Positions 12,701-25,025 of a stretch of 64,000 bases of DNA are shown in pieces. The number at the start of each line of letters is the position of its first letter. Positions within the stretch are counted from its first letter, which is position 1. The position numbers and the translations under genes were made by a program. The stretch comes from Macrostomum lignano (lineage: Eukaryota): positions 1-64,000 of the forward strand of contig NIVC01003526.1 of the NCBI GenBank assembly GCA_002269645.1. The letters run 5' to 3'. The notes under the pieces are model-generated. The model saw nothing but the letters and a program-made list of their open reading frames with translations. It was not told the origin of the DNA and searched no databases.

Positions 12701-15700
12701 ACCATCCATCCCTCACCATCCATCCCTCATCATCCATCCCTCACCATCCATCCCTCATCAAACATCCCCCATCATCCATCCCCCATCATCCATCCCCCAT
12801 CATCCATCCCTCACCATCCATCCCTCACCATCCATCCCTCACCATCCATCCCTCACCATCCATCCCTCATCAAACATCCCCCATCATCCATCCCCCATCA
12901 TCCATCCCCCATCATCCATCCCTCACCATCCATCCCTCACCATCCATCCCTCACCATCCATCCCTCACCACCCATCCCTCACCATCCATCCCTCACCATC
13001 CATCCCTCACCATCCATCCCTCACCATTCATCCCTCACCATCCATCCCTCATCATCCATCCCTCATCATTCATCCCTCATCATCCATCCCTCACCATTCA
13101 TCCCTCACCATCCATCCCTCATTATTCTTTCTTCATCCTTCGCTCTTTATCATTTGCCCTTCACCTTCACAGTTCCCCTTCCCCTTGCCTCTGGTTCATA
13201 AAGTTCACAGCGAACTTACACCATAAACCATTTTACATGAGTATCGCATAAAACAGAGCTATAAATCCTATCTACTAAATCTAGACTAAAAATCCCCATT
13301 CTAATCCAGATCCCCAGTGCCGGATCCCATCGCCTCGCTCACCCTGTCGTACAGCTCCAGCAGCAGGTCCAGCGGGTCCACATCGGACCGGCGGATGTAG
13401 GCGGAGGCCAGCAGCTGCTGGTTCCGCCTGTATAGAATCCGGTGGCAGGTGCGCACCGTGCAGGAGGCGCTCTGGCCGTGGCACTTGCACTGCACAGCCT
13501 CGCTGTGCCTGGCCGCCCGGATGCCCACCCGGTAGTTGAAGGCGTTCACCATCTTCGCGAACTGGTCGTAGGTTTGCACCACGCCTGAGCTTTTCTTGGC
13601 CGGATTCGGCCGATTCCGCTGACGCCGCCGGCGCCTGCCCTGCCTCGGCCGCCGGCGCCTCCGGCGCTTGAAAGCGCCGGCGCCGGCCGACAGGAAGCGC
13701 CGCGCTAAGCGCTGCCCAGCACGCAGGTTGGCGTGGCAGCCCTCAAATTTAAACTGCATTTCCGGCTTCCGGGCCACCGCCCAGTCCGGCCGGGAGCCGC
13801 AGCCGCAGCTGGGTGAGAGGCCGCGGGAGCACTCGGTGGACAGGGTGGTGGCCAGGGCCAGGCCGGACAAGGCGTGCACGAGGGCCTGCTCGGCCGTCAC
13901 TGCAGGTGGATGGAGAGTTGGACAGGGATGGACAGTTGCAAACAGTGCATAGAGGGATCCCGGACAGTTCATAGAGAGAGATCCCGGACAGTTCATAGAG
14001 AGAGATCCCGGACAGTTCATAGAGAGATCCCGGACAGTTCATAGAGAGAGATCACGGACAGTTCATAGAGAGATCCCGGACAGTTCCTAGAGAGATCCCG
14101 GACAGTTCATAGAGAGATCCCGGACAGTTCATAGAGAGAGATCACGGACAGTTCATAGAGAGAGATCCCGGACAGTTCATAGAGAGAGATCACGGACAGT
14201 TCATAGAGAGATCCCGGACAGTTCCTAGAGAGATCCCGGACAGTTCATAGAGAGATCCCGGACAGTTCATAGAGAGATCCCGGACAGTTCATAGAGAGAT
14301 CCCGGACAGTTCATAGAGAGATCCCGGACAGTTCATAGAGAGACCCCGGACAGACAGATCGCGGACAGTCTGAAGGCAGAACCCGGACAGGTAGCTGCAA
14401 AAAAGGTTGGCAGGCGCTCACGTGACCGCAGCTCCGGCGCCAGATCCGGCACGCTCTTCAGCACCTGGCAGTTCCAGCGGAAGTTCCGGAACTGCGACTC
14501 GCACGATGCGATGGTCAGCTGGGCGGCGCGGATCACCGCCGACACCGTGGCGTGGCCGCTTTTGCGGCAGAACTTCGCCTGCCGCCGGTTCAGCACCTCG
14601 GAGCGCAGCTGGATGCGGCAGAACCGGCTGCCCGTGTCCGCCGAGGTCAGCTGGCCGCTGCTGTGGAGACCGCTGCCAGCGGCCAGGTTGCAGTTGGGGA
14701 ATCAGTGAAGTTCAGCCCCGCACAATGCACTCCCTGTCTCATCTCCCGCATTTAACCTCCCACCTCTCATCTCCCACCTCTCATCTCCCACCTCTCATCT
14801 CCCACCTCTCATCTCCCACCTCTCATCTCCCACCTCTCATCTCCCACCTCTCATCTCCCACCTCTCATCTCCCACCTCTCATCTCCCACCTCTCATCTCC
14901 CACCTCTCATCTCCCACCTCTCATCTCCCACCTCTCATCTCCCACCTCTCATCTCCCACCTCTCATCTCCCACCTCCCACCTCTCATCTCCCACCTCCCA
15001 CCTCCATCTCCTCCCACCTCCATCTCCCACCTCCCACCTCCATCTCCCACCTCCCACCTCCATCTCCCACCTCCCACCTCTCATCTCCCACCTCTCATCT
15101 CCCACCTCCCACCTCTCATCTCCCACCTCCCACCTCCATCTCCTCCCACCTCCATCTCCCACCTCCCACCTCCATCTCCCACCTCCCACCTCCATCTCCC
15201 ACCTCCCACCTCCATCTCCCACCTCCCACCTCCATCTCCCACCTCCCACCTCTCATCTCCCACCTCCCACCTCCATCTCCTCCCACCTCCATCTCCCACC
15301 TCGCACCTCCATCTCCCACCTCCCACCTCTTATCTCCCACCTCTCACCTCTCATCTCCCATCTCCCACCTCTCATCTCCCACCTCTCATCTTCCACCTCC
15401 ATCTCCCACCTCCCACCTCTCATCTCCCACCTCCCACCTCTCATCTTCCACCTCTCATCTCTCATCTCCCACTTCCCACCTCTCATCTCCCACCTCTTTT
15501 CTCCCTCCTTCAATCTCTCATCTCCCACTTCCCCACCTCTCATCTCTCATCTTCCACCTCTCATCTCCCACCTCCCACCTCTCATCTCCCACTTCCCACC
15601 TCTCATCTCCCACCTCCCACCTCTTTTCTCCCTCCTTCAATCTCTCATCTCCCACCTCCCCACCTCTCATCTCTCATCTCCCACCTCCCACCTCTCATCT

Positions 15701-17973
15701 CCCACCTCCCACCTCTCATCTCCCACCTCCCACCTCTCATCTCCCACCTCCCACCTCTCATCTCCCACCTCCCCACCTCTCATCTCTCACCTCCTATCTC
15801 CTAGCTCTCATCCCCAATCTTACACCTCTCTACTTTTGTACCCACCTCCTATCCCTCATCTCTCACCTCCACTCTTCAAACAGCTCAAGCACTTCAAGTT
15901 TCAAATGTCTCCCCTCATAATCTTCAGACTCCGCAAGGCTCAGAATTAATTAGCTAAGCAAATTTCATCTTTCTGTCTTTCAACTCCACGCCACGTTCAC
16001 CCAGACAATTCTGAGAAGTGTCTGAGTCTCGCCAGAAACATAAAACTGGCTGCTCCATTTTCTGCGGCTTAGCATATTGAGTAGTTGGCTGACTGTCCAA
16101 GTCAACGCAGCACTCTGGGACTCAGGTCACTCAGCATTTCGGCTTCTTAAACTCAGCCAGCACCTGAACTCTAAAACAGTAAAAAACCATTAAAAACTGA
16201 GCCACCCCCCTGATGCAGATTGCTGAGACTGACGCTGCGCTAACGCGGCCTCAGCTGCCGGCAATAAAAGCCGGCAATAAACCGGGCCTGTCGGGGGATC
16301 CAATGCTCACACTGGGTGAGCCCTGATGCCAGACAACTGCAAGTTACCCATGCCTGCTAGCTGAGGCGCCGCTCAGCTAAGGACTGGCGAACTCATGAAT
16401 GCTAAAGAGCTGCTGCGGCACTCACTCTGAGGCGATACGAATTTGATTGCAAGTTCTCTGATGAAGCTTTTGATGGTGCGCCTTTTGTTCCATGCTGTAT
16501 ATTGCGGGAGAGGGAGAGAGGGAGGGAGAAGTAGAGCGAGAGGGAGAGTGGGGGGGAGAAGTAGAGGGAGAGGGAGAGGGAGAAGTAGAAGGAGAGGGAG
16601 AGGGAGAAGTAGAGGGAGAGGAAGAGTGGGAGGGAGAAGTAGAGGGAGAGGGAGAGGGAGAAGTAGAAGGAGAGGGAGAGGGAGAAGTAGAAGGAGAGGA
16701 AGAGTGGGAGGGAGAAGTAAAGGGAGAGGGAGAGCGGGAGGGAGAAGTAGAGAGAGAGAGAGGGTGGGAAGGAGAAGTAGAGGGAGAAGGAGAGTGAGAG
16801 GGAGAAGTAGAGCGAGAGGGAGAGTGGGAGGTAAAAGTAGAGGGAGAGGGAGTGGGACAAGTAGAGGGAGAAGTAGAGGGAGAGGGAGAGGGAGAAGGAG
16901 AGTGGGAGGGAGAAGTAGAGGGACAGGGAGAGTGGGAGAGAAAAGTAGAGGGAGAGGGAGAGGGAGAAGTAGAGGGAGAGGGAGAGTGGGAGGGAGAAGT
17001 AAAGGGAGAGGGAGAGTGGGAGGGAGAAGTAGAGAGAGAGAGGGTGGGAAGGAGAAGTAGAGGGAGAAGGAGAGTGAGAGGGAGAAGTAGAGCGAGAGGG
17101 AGAGTTGGAGGTAAAAGTAGAGGGAGAGGGAGTGGGACAAGTAGAGGGAGAAGTAGAGGGAGAGGGAGAGGGAGAAGGAGAGTGGGAGGGAGAAGTAGAG
17201 GGACAGGGAGAGTGGGAGAGAAAAGTAGTGGGAGAGGGAGAGGGAGAAGTAGAGAGAGAGGGAGAGGGAGAAGGAGAGTGGGAGGGAGAAGTAGAGGAGA
17301 GGGAGAAGTAGAGGGAGAGGGAGAGGGAGAAGGAGAGTGGGAGGGAGAAGTAGAGGGAGAGGGAGAGGGAGAAGGAGAGTGGGAGGGAGAGGGAGAAGGA
17401 GAGTGGGAGGGAGAAGTAGAGGGAGAGGGAGAGGGAGAAGTAGTGGGAGAGGGAGACGGAGAAGTAGAGGGAGAGGGAGAGGGAGAAGTAGTGGGAGAGG
17501 GAGACGGAGAAGTAGAGGGAGAGGGAGAGGGAGAAGTAGAGGGAGAGGGAGAAGTAGAGGGAGAGGGAGAGGGAGAAGTAGAGGGAGAGGGAGAGTGGGA
17601 GGGAGAAGTAGAGAGCGAAGCATGCGAATCAGAAGACGAAAGAAAAAACGAGATGAATGATGGATGCTAGCAGACTAAAGCGTGAAAATCGGAATAGGAA
17701 CTCTTAGCCTCATGCAGTTCCTGTCGAATATCCAGGAAAATGTCTGAAGGACCAGCCCCTGTGAAGTTGACCTGATCCACAATCTTTAACAAAAGCTGGG
17801 CCTATACTGATACTGTGTTGATATGCAATGCATTTCTGCATCTTCATCCAGTGGAATGGAACGGGTGGAGTATCAACTTACAGCCACTTGATGCAGCCAC
17901 AGCAGAGCAGCTGAGCAGACAGCGTCAGGGCTATGATGAAGCCCAGTTGCAGTGCTTCGTCCAGACGTCGCAT
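9787..17973 (-). CDS. wnt11: Wnt ligand, Wnt11-like, 450 aa, 5 exons
   Basis: Exons (minus) 17973-17882, 14672-14422, 13899-13343, 11955-11738, 10021-9787; all GT-AG with matching phases (2,1,0,2). Signal peptide ending CIKWL with phase-2 intron as in Wnt11; [30 protein letters not shown]...GTAGREC, MCCGR. Subfamily call is less certain than the Wnt call. Confidence 0.9.
11118..11672. repeat. 23-bp minisatellite in Wnt intron 4
   Basis: Unit GTGTCTTCTCTGACACCCTCTCA, ~24 copies. Confidence 0.95.
12075..13125. repeat. 14-bp minisatellite in Wnt intron 3
   Basis: Unit CCATCCATCCCTCA with variants; ~420-bp higher-order block repeated. Confidence 0.95.
13955..14352. repeat. 22-24-bp minisatellite in Wnt intron 2
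   Basis: Unit (GA)nGATCCCGGACAGTTCATA. Confidence 0.95.
14756..15805. repeat. 14-bp pyrimidine-rich minisatellite in Wnt intron 1
   Basis: Unit CCACCTCTCATCTC and variants. Confidence 0.95.
16505..17615. repeat. GA-rich tandem repeat in Wnt intron 1
   Basis: GAGGGA / GAAGTA / GAGTGG units with an internal ~250-bp duplication. Confidence 0.9.
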
Positions 17974-19009
17974 GGCCCTGTCATGTGCCGTTGTCTTCCT
18001 GGTTGTGCCGTGACGGATTTCCTAGAAAGCAATTTTATATCCGAAGCTGAAGCGCCAGAGAGCGAGCCGGCGGCACGGGCGGCCATTTAATTCTGCCGCA
18101 TCTGCGCTTGGGCCAATGGCTGCATACGGCTAGCAGCCAATGAATGCATGGCGCCCCGGCGCCACTCAGGGCGCCATTGACCGATAACGGTTTGAAAGTG
18201 CCGCTGCGCTTCGCCGCGATTTTATCAATATTTCCAGACCCAAAGGTTTTACTGCTTCCCCTCCGGCTGGGACTGCCGGGTTTTACAGCTCCGCCCGCCG
18301 ATTCTGTTGGTCGGGTCGGAGCGATCTGCAAAGCCAGACTTATTGTGCGGCTCGCTGGAACACACGCCGACTTCAGCTGCTCACCTGGGTGCCGCAGAGG
18401 CGGATCGAGAGTAGACAAGACTCCAATCGGTTGGGGAGACGGGAGGAGAGGAGAGGAGAGGAAAAAAGAGAGATTAGAGGAGAGGAGAGGAGAGGAGAGA
18501 AGAGATGTTGAAATGAAAGGAGAGTATAGGAGATAGGAGAGTAGGGGAAGGAGAAAAGAGGTGAGAAGGGAGAGTGAGCAGAAGAGAGAAGAGAGAAGAT
18601 GAGGGAAGGAAAGGAGAGGAGAGCGGAGACGAGAGAAAAGTAGAACGTCTGTGCAACGATTCTTGGTCGGAAATAAAGTAATGTATCCCAGCACTACTTA
18701 AAGTAATAAATTTGGAGAAAAACTGAATTCCTATTCTATTCATGCAAATGACCAGCGCAGCTAACATGAATAAAATGGATGCAGCAGATGAAATCGATTT
18801 AAATCTGTCGGATTCAAACACCCATTAAACTGATTACGCAGGACTACTCCTGGCTGAGCAAGCCGTGAGGTCCATGACTAAATGAATATTCTACGGCTCA
18901 ATGAGCAGTCCATGACTCAATGAGTAGTTAATGACTAAGAGATTAGTTCTTGGATTTAATGAGTAGTCCATGAATAAATGACCAAATGAGCAGTCCATAA
19001 CTAAATCAA

Positions 19010-19285
19010 ATACCCATTCTGCAAATCAAAGACTCCCATTCTGCAAATCAAAGACTCCCATTCTGCAAATCAAAGACTCCCATTCTGCAAATCAAAGACT
19101 CTCATTCTGCAAATCAAAGAATCCCATTCTGCAAATCAAAGACTCCCATTCTGCAAATCAAAGACTCCCATTCTGCAAAGCAGAGAATCCCATTCTGCAA
19201 AGCAGAGAATCCCATTCTGCAAAGCAGAGAATCCCATTCTGCAAATCAAAGACTCTCATTCTGCAAATCAAAGAATCCCATTCTT
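19010..19285. repeat. 22-bp minisatellite
   Basis: Unit CCCATTCTGCAAATCAAAGACT. Confidence 0.95.
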
Positions 19286-19904
19286 TATAGGATTCTTTGC
19301 AGAAATGTCTTTAAAATGCACAGCCAAAGGCCATTCATGCCATACCAATAAATAGCAGGGCTTCGTAACACTTTGTGTTTGCACAAGTTTTAACGGCATC
19401 GCCCCGTCTCTTTTTCAGCTAGCTCGCATTGCGTCAGCAAAAGCAGAGACAAGAAATTTCGGAAGAATGCCAAAACAAAGTTTTCTTTGCGTTTCTATTA
19501 AACTAATCATTGCTGGAGTCCTTCTTCTTGGCTTTGAATTTTTGCCAACGTGCCAAGGATCAAAGAGTGAGCAAGGCCGTGCTCAAAACTGTCGAGAGTC
19601 TCAGAGATCCCAAGCAGAAGAGCTGGGAGATCACAGCACACTGAAGCGTTATTAAAAGCGAAGGAAAAATGAAACCCCGTGGCAGTGTTATTAGGCTCAG
19701 GGGTTCATTGCCTGCTGTGCAGCCTGCCCGGCATCCGCTGTCCACTGCTGAGACTGGGGACGGGTCTCTGGTGTTGTCCAATATCAGATGCTTTAGCTGG
19801 AGATGCTTCTGAGGCGACCTGGAAGTTTGAGGGACACGGGGAGCTTGAAAATCGGATTGAGTGACTTGCCTGATCAGGTTTAGTCAGCTAGTCAGTCAAA
19901 ACTG

Positions 19905-20935
19905 CTCAGCATTAGCTTTGGCTTAGCATCAGTAGCTCAGCATTAGCTGCCTCATTAGCTCAGCATTAGCAGTAGCTTAGCATAGTTTCCTCAGTAGCTT
20001 AGCATTAGCTCAGAATTAGCTGTCTCAATAGCTTAGCATTAGCTCAGCATTAGCTGCCTCAGTAGCTCAGCATTAGCTGCTTCATTAGCTCAGCATTAGC
20101 TGCCTCAGTAGCTCAGCATTAGCTTAACATTAGCTGCCTCACTAGCTCAGCATTAGCTCAGCATTAGCTGCCTCACTAGCTCAGCATTAGCTTAACATTA
20201 GCTGCCTCACTAGCTCAGCATTAGCTCAGCATTAGCTGCCTCACTAGCTCAGCATTAGCTTAGCATTAGCTGCCTCAGTAGCTCAGCATTAGCTTAGCAT
20301 TAGCTGCCTCAGTAGCTCAGCATTAGCTGCCTCAGTAGCTCAGCATTAGCTCAGCATTAGCTGCCTCACTAGCTCAGCATTAGCTTAGCATTAGCTGCCT
20401 CAGTAGCTCAGCATTAGCTCAGCATTAGCTGCCTCACTAGCTCAGCATTAGCTTAGCATTAGCTGCCTCAGTAGCTCAGCATTAGCTGCCTCAGTAGCTT
20501 AGCATTAGCTCAGCATTAGCTGCCTCAGTAGCTCAGCATTAGCTTAGCATTAGCTGCCTCAGTAGCTCAGCATTAGCTGCCTCAGTAGCTCAGCATTAGC
20601 TTAGCATTAGCTGCCTCAGTAGCTCAGCATTAGCTGCCTCAGTAGCTTAGCATTAGCTCAGCATTAGCTGCCTCAGTAGCTCAGCATTAGCTTAGCATTA
20701 GCTGCCTCAGTAGCTCAGCATTAGCTCAGCATTAGCTGCCTCACTAGCTCAGCATTAGCTTAGCATTAGCTGCCTCAGTAGCTCAGCATTAGCTGCCTCA
20801 GTAGCTTAGCATTAGCTCAGCATTAGCTGCCTCAGTAGCTCAGCATTAGCTTAGCATTAGCTGCCTCAGTAGCTCAGCATTAGCTGCCTCAGTAGCTTAG
20901 CATTAGCTCAGCATTAGCTGCCCCATGAACTCAGC
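19905..20935. repeat. Compound CATTAGCT-based minisatellite
   Basis: Interleaved CAGCATTAGCT (10 bp) and GCCTCAGTAGCT modules. Confidence 0.95.
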
Positions 20936-22039
20936 ATTGGCTTCCTTAGTTACCGTACTCGTGCTCATAACGGTTTCGCTGTGTTGCCATATAACTTTCA
21001 CACAAACTTTCTCCGCTGTCTACAAATACAGGCCCTGCTTTCTGTTGCCTATAATTAACTTTCATTCGCAAGCAGCAATTTCGATTCCAAATATTTTGAG
21101 TAACCATGGGATAAAATTGTTGTAGAATTTCGTGAAAGCAATTTGCTTTTAGAAGAGGCAGAATGGAGTTTCTGCTGCACGGTGTAAAACTGAGTTAATG
21201 CGTGAGAAAATTATGGGACAGACAGACAGACTTCGAGGGGACAAACACACCTCTTCGCACCTTCGGGATACTTCGCTGATTGAAGGGTTTCAACAGGGGA
21301 GCATTGGAAGGGGAGTTTTCTCCCCTCAAGAAGAAGTTCGGTTACCACTGTAATATTGCCACCTCGCTTATCCTGGCGATGTGGCGCCGATCAGATCCTT
21401 GGAGAAACAGGAGAAGGTGATAAAATGTTTTAAGACCTTCCCGGGGGGGGGGGGGCGGCTTAGAGAACTCTCAGCCTCATTCTTCCTGTCACATTATTCT
21501 CGTGCAGTCCGAGTCCTGAGGCAGCTGAGGCCAAAGTCGTTAAGCAGTTGCCAATTAATCTGTTATACAGCCCAGCAGTCTATGGCAGCACCCTCCGGTA
21601 TGCTGCTCTGCAGCCACAAATTTCATTTATAACTCTGAGCGGGGGAGGGGTCTCGCAGTATCCCATATTTCAAGCCTGTAGCCCATCCTTGATTTTTTAA
21701 TTACCCCACCCTTCCCTGCTGGTCTAATCGTTCCCATTGCCTTCTTCGGGTGCATAAAAATGAAGTTTTATCGAAACGAGCTCACAGTCCCCTGAGTTGG
21801 CTTTGTCCTGCTCAATCGGATGGCAGTTGTTGTTAGGGGGCAACAGGCAAATTTATATTGTCTTTCTGTGACCTGTAGGCAAACTCCCGGAGGCCTGGGT
21901 GGCTGAATAAATTGTTCAGTGAATTGGAAACCTTGATGGAGGCGGACACAAAAAATGGAAGAGAAAAGATAGAATGGGAGATGTGTCTAATATTTAGTGA
22001 ATATTGTTTAGAGGAGGGTAAAGGTTTCATAGAGGAAGG

Positions 22040-22345
22040 TAAATGTTGTATAGAGGAGGGTAAATGTTGTATAGAGGAGGGTATTGTTGTATAGAGGAGG
22101 GTATTGTTGTATAGAGGAGGGTATTGTTGTATAGAGGAGGGTATTGTTGTATAGAGGAGGGTAAATGTTGTATAGAGGAGGGTATTGTTGTATAGAGGAG
22201 GGTATTGTTGTATAGAGGAGGGTATTGTTGTATAGAGGAGGGTATTGTTGTATAGAGGAGGGTAAATGTTGTATAGAGGAGGCTATTGTTGTATAGAGGA
22301 GGGTATTGTTGTATAGAGGAGGGTAAATGTTGTATAGAGGAGGGT
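22040..22345. repeat. 20-bp minisatellite
   Basis: Unit GAGGGTATTGTTGTATAGAG. Confidence 0.95.
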
Positions 22346-23404
22346 AAAGTAGGCAAATATGGTATAAATAAGGTTAAAGTGGGTAATTAGGAGTGTAACG
22401 AAGGTAGTAAGAGGGTAGAAAGGGTGAGTAGGAGTTTAATGATGTTAATTAATTAGGATGGAGCAGACAGGTGAAACTGGCTATAGAGATAAAAATTGGA
22501 TGAAGAACTTTTACTTTAATGGAGTTTGCAACAGATTAACTGGAAGCTGCACAGGAAAAAAAACACTTAAGGTGTGATGCTGGTGAAGAACGCAGGTAGC
22601 CGTTAATAACAGTCTGCAGTGTGTGGAAAGGTCAGAAAAAATGACCGTGCAAGGAACTGATTGACTGATTGAGTGGCTTCCATGTGAATCTGACCCGCTG
22701 CGGCGCAGCAGCTCCTGAGCTCGAGCCCCGCCCACTCACGGCCCAACACTCCACTTTCATTTCCATAATAGCCCTCCATCCATCCGGTTTATGACCCGGG
22801 GCCTCGGGTCAGGGCCGGTGTGTTGGGGGATGTGTTTTGAGGACAACCCTGAGGACAACCGGGGGAGCAGATTGTAAAACTGAGCTCAGTTTTATTGGTC
22901 TCGCATGCCACGTCGCTACCGGCTCAATTAATGCCTCGGATACTCAAAAACACTTTGAGTCGATTAAGCTTTATGGAGATTCTCACTGCGTGCAGGCTGA
23001 CTGCCCTCCTCCCGGTCGTAAAGAGCTCAATTTTGAGCAGAGTTCTGAGCAGAGTCAAAGCTGCGGTTTGCCTTCGCATCACCAGCACAGCGCCTGCCGC
23101 CATGCCGTTCGACACGTTGGGCCCCAATGGCGCATGGCAACTGCAGCAACTAGCGGAGGGCTCTACTCCATGCTCACTGAGACGCCCGATAAATGATCCT
23201 TTAAATACGAGCAAAGTCAAAAACAGGGAAAACTCTTGATGGATTGCATTTGTTTCATACAGAAGATTGAAAATTTTTTGGCTGCAACTTTGCACAACCA
23301 AGGCCGGTTCTCAGCACAAGAATCTTCATTTTATTTCATTTTATTCTAATATTTCTTATTTCTTCCGGCACTGTCTCACATACCCCCAAAATATTCACCT
23401 CTAA

Positions 23405-23760
23405 TCTCTAATCTCTCTCCCTCTCCCCCCTCTCTCTGTCTCTCCCCTCTCTGCTCTCTCATCCCCTTCATCTAACCCCTCTCTCCTCTCTCTCCCTCTC
23501 TGCTCTCTCCCCCTTCATCTAACCCCCCTCACTCCCTTCATCTCTCCCCTCTCTGCTCTCTCACCCCCTTCATCTAACCCCTCTCTCCTCTCTCTCCCTC
23601 TCTGCTCTCTCCCCCTTCATCTAACCACCCTCACTCCCTTCATCTCTCCCCTCTCTGCTCTCTCCCCCTTCATCTTACCCCCTCATCCTTCATCTCACGT
23701 CTCTCACCCCTTCATCTCACAACTCTCACCCTCTTCATCTCACCTTCTCACCCCTTATTC
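23405..23760. repeat. CT-rich degenerate tandem repeat
   Basis: CCCTCTCTGCTCTCTC / CCCCTTCATCTAAC modules. Confidence 0.8.
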
Positions 23761-24349
23761 TCATCACCTCTGACCCGTCATCTCTCACTCTCAGGTCTCG
23801 CAATCTCAATGCGTCATGCCTGTTCAACTCTGCCCATGCATTTCTCAGCTCAGTTTTTTTTCAGTTTCAGAGCCCATGCCAGCTCCAGTCCCTCCAGCAC
23901 TCTCCTGCATGCGTGCAGGCTCGGGTGACGCAACGTACAGTGCAATATTTGCAGTCCAATTGAGCCCTGTGGCCCTTAGCACGAACGGTGGCCGCCTTTT
24001 ATATCATCGCGGTCCATTGTTATTATTGATTGCATCATCTCTGCTTCCAAAAGCAAAAAGTTGGATGTGTGCGAGAGAAGAGAGAAAGTTATAGGAGATC
24101 TTGACACCGCAAACAATGGAATCTGTCTGCCCCACCCTATGAAAGATATCATGCAATTCGGTGCAGCTCACCCCCCCCCCCCAATTCAATCGCACGCTGA
24201 TTTCCAAGCCATCTCGCGTGTCCTCAGCCTGACAGTTTCTGCACAGAATTTCTGGTCAATATTTGTCCCGTCATTTTGCTGCCGATTTGACTGATTTGAA
24301 GCTTCTGCAAGGCTTGCGGCAGTGCCAAATGGCGCTGGCTTTTAAATCT

Positions 24350-24600
24350 GACTGAGCGCGCTTCTGGTCTGACTGGGCGCGCTTCTGGTCTGACTGGGCG
24401 CGCTTCTGGTCTGACTGTGCGCGCTTCTGGTCTGACTGTGCGCACTTCTGGTCTGACTGTGCGCGCTTCTGGTCTGACTGTGCGCGCTTCTGGTCTGACT
24501 GTGCGCGCTTCTGGTCTGACTGTGCGCGCTTCTGGTCTGACTGTGCGCGCTTCTGGTCTGACTGTGCGCGCTTCTGGTCTGACTGTGCGCACTTCTGACT
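24350..24600. repeat. 21-bp minisatellite
   Basis: Unit GCGCGCTTCTGGTCTGACTGT, ~12 copies. Confidence 0.95.
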
Positions 24601-25025
24601 TTTGGCCTTTTGGCAATTCCGACTCGCGCCAGTGTCCACAGATCCGACTAAGATTATCAAATCAAACCCATACATAATACTCGTAGTGAAAACGGAAGAT
24701 TCTGTTAGACTGTTGCGCAATACTTGGACCAGCAGAGTTTCATTCGAATGCGCAAATCATGATAAAATAAACAGAAGATTGTTAAATCAAGGCTCCAGTC
24801 GGAGCTCCGATCCGGAAAGGCCCCAGTGAGCTGTCCGACTGTGGCGAGCCAATGAGAGCCGGCCCGCTGCTCACCCTGCCATTGGCTGCGCGCAAACTCC
24901 CAGCTCAAGCAGGAGAAATAAGAGAAGGAAATAAAAGCAGAGGCTGACCGGAAAACTCCCCCACAGCTCCAATTCTTGAAGTTTCCTTTCTCTGCCCCCG
25001 ATACCCCAGCAAGACAGAAGCAGCA

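Noticed and set aside
11969-17670. Long low-complexity ORFs (His/Pro/Ser, Glu/Gly, Arg/Gly) in the ORF track
   Set aside because: All are stop-free readings of intronic minisatellites inside the Wnt gene
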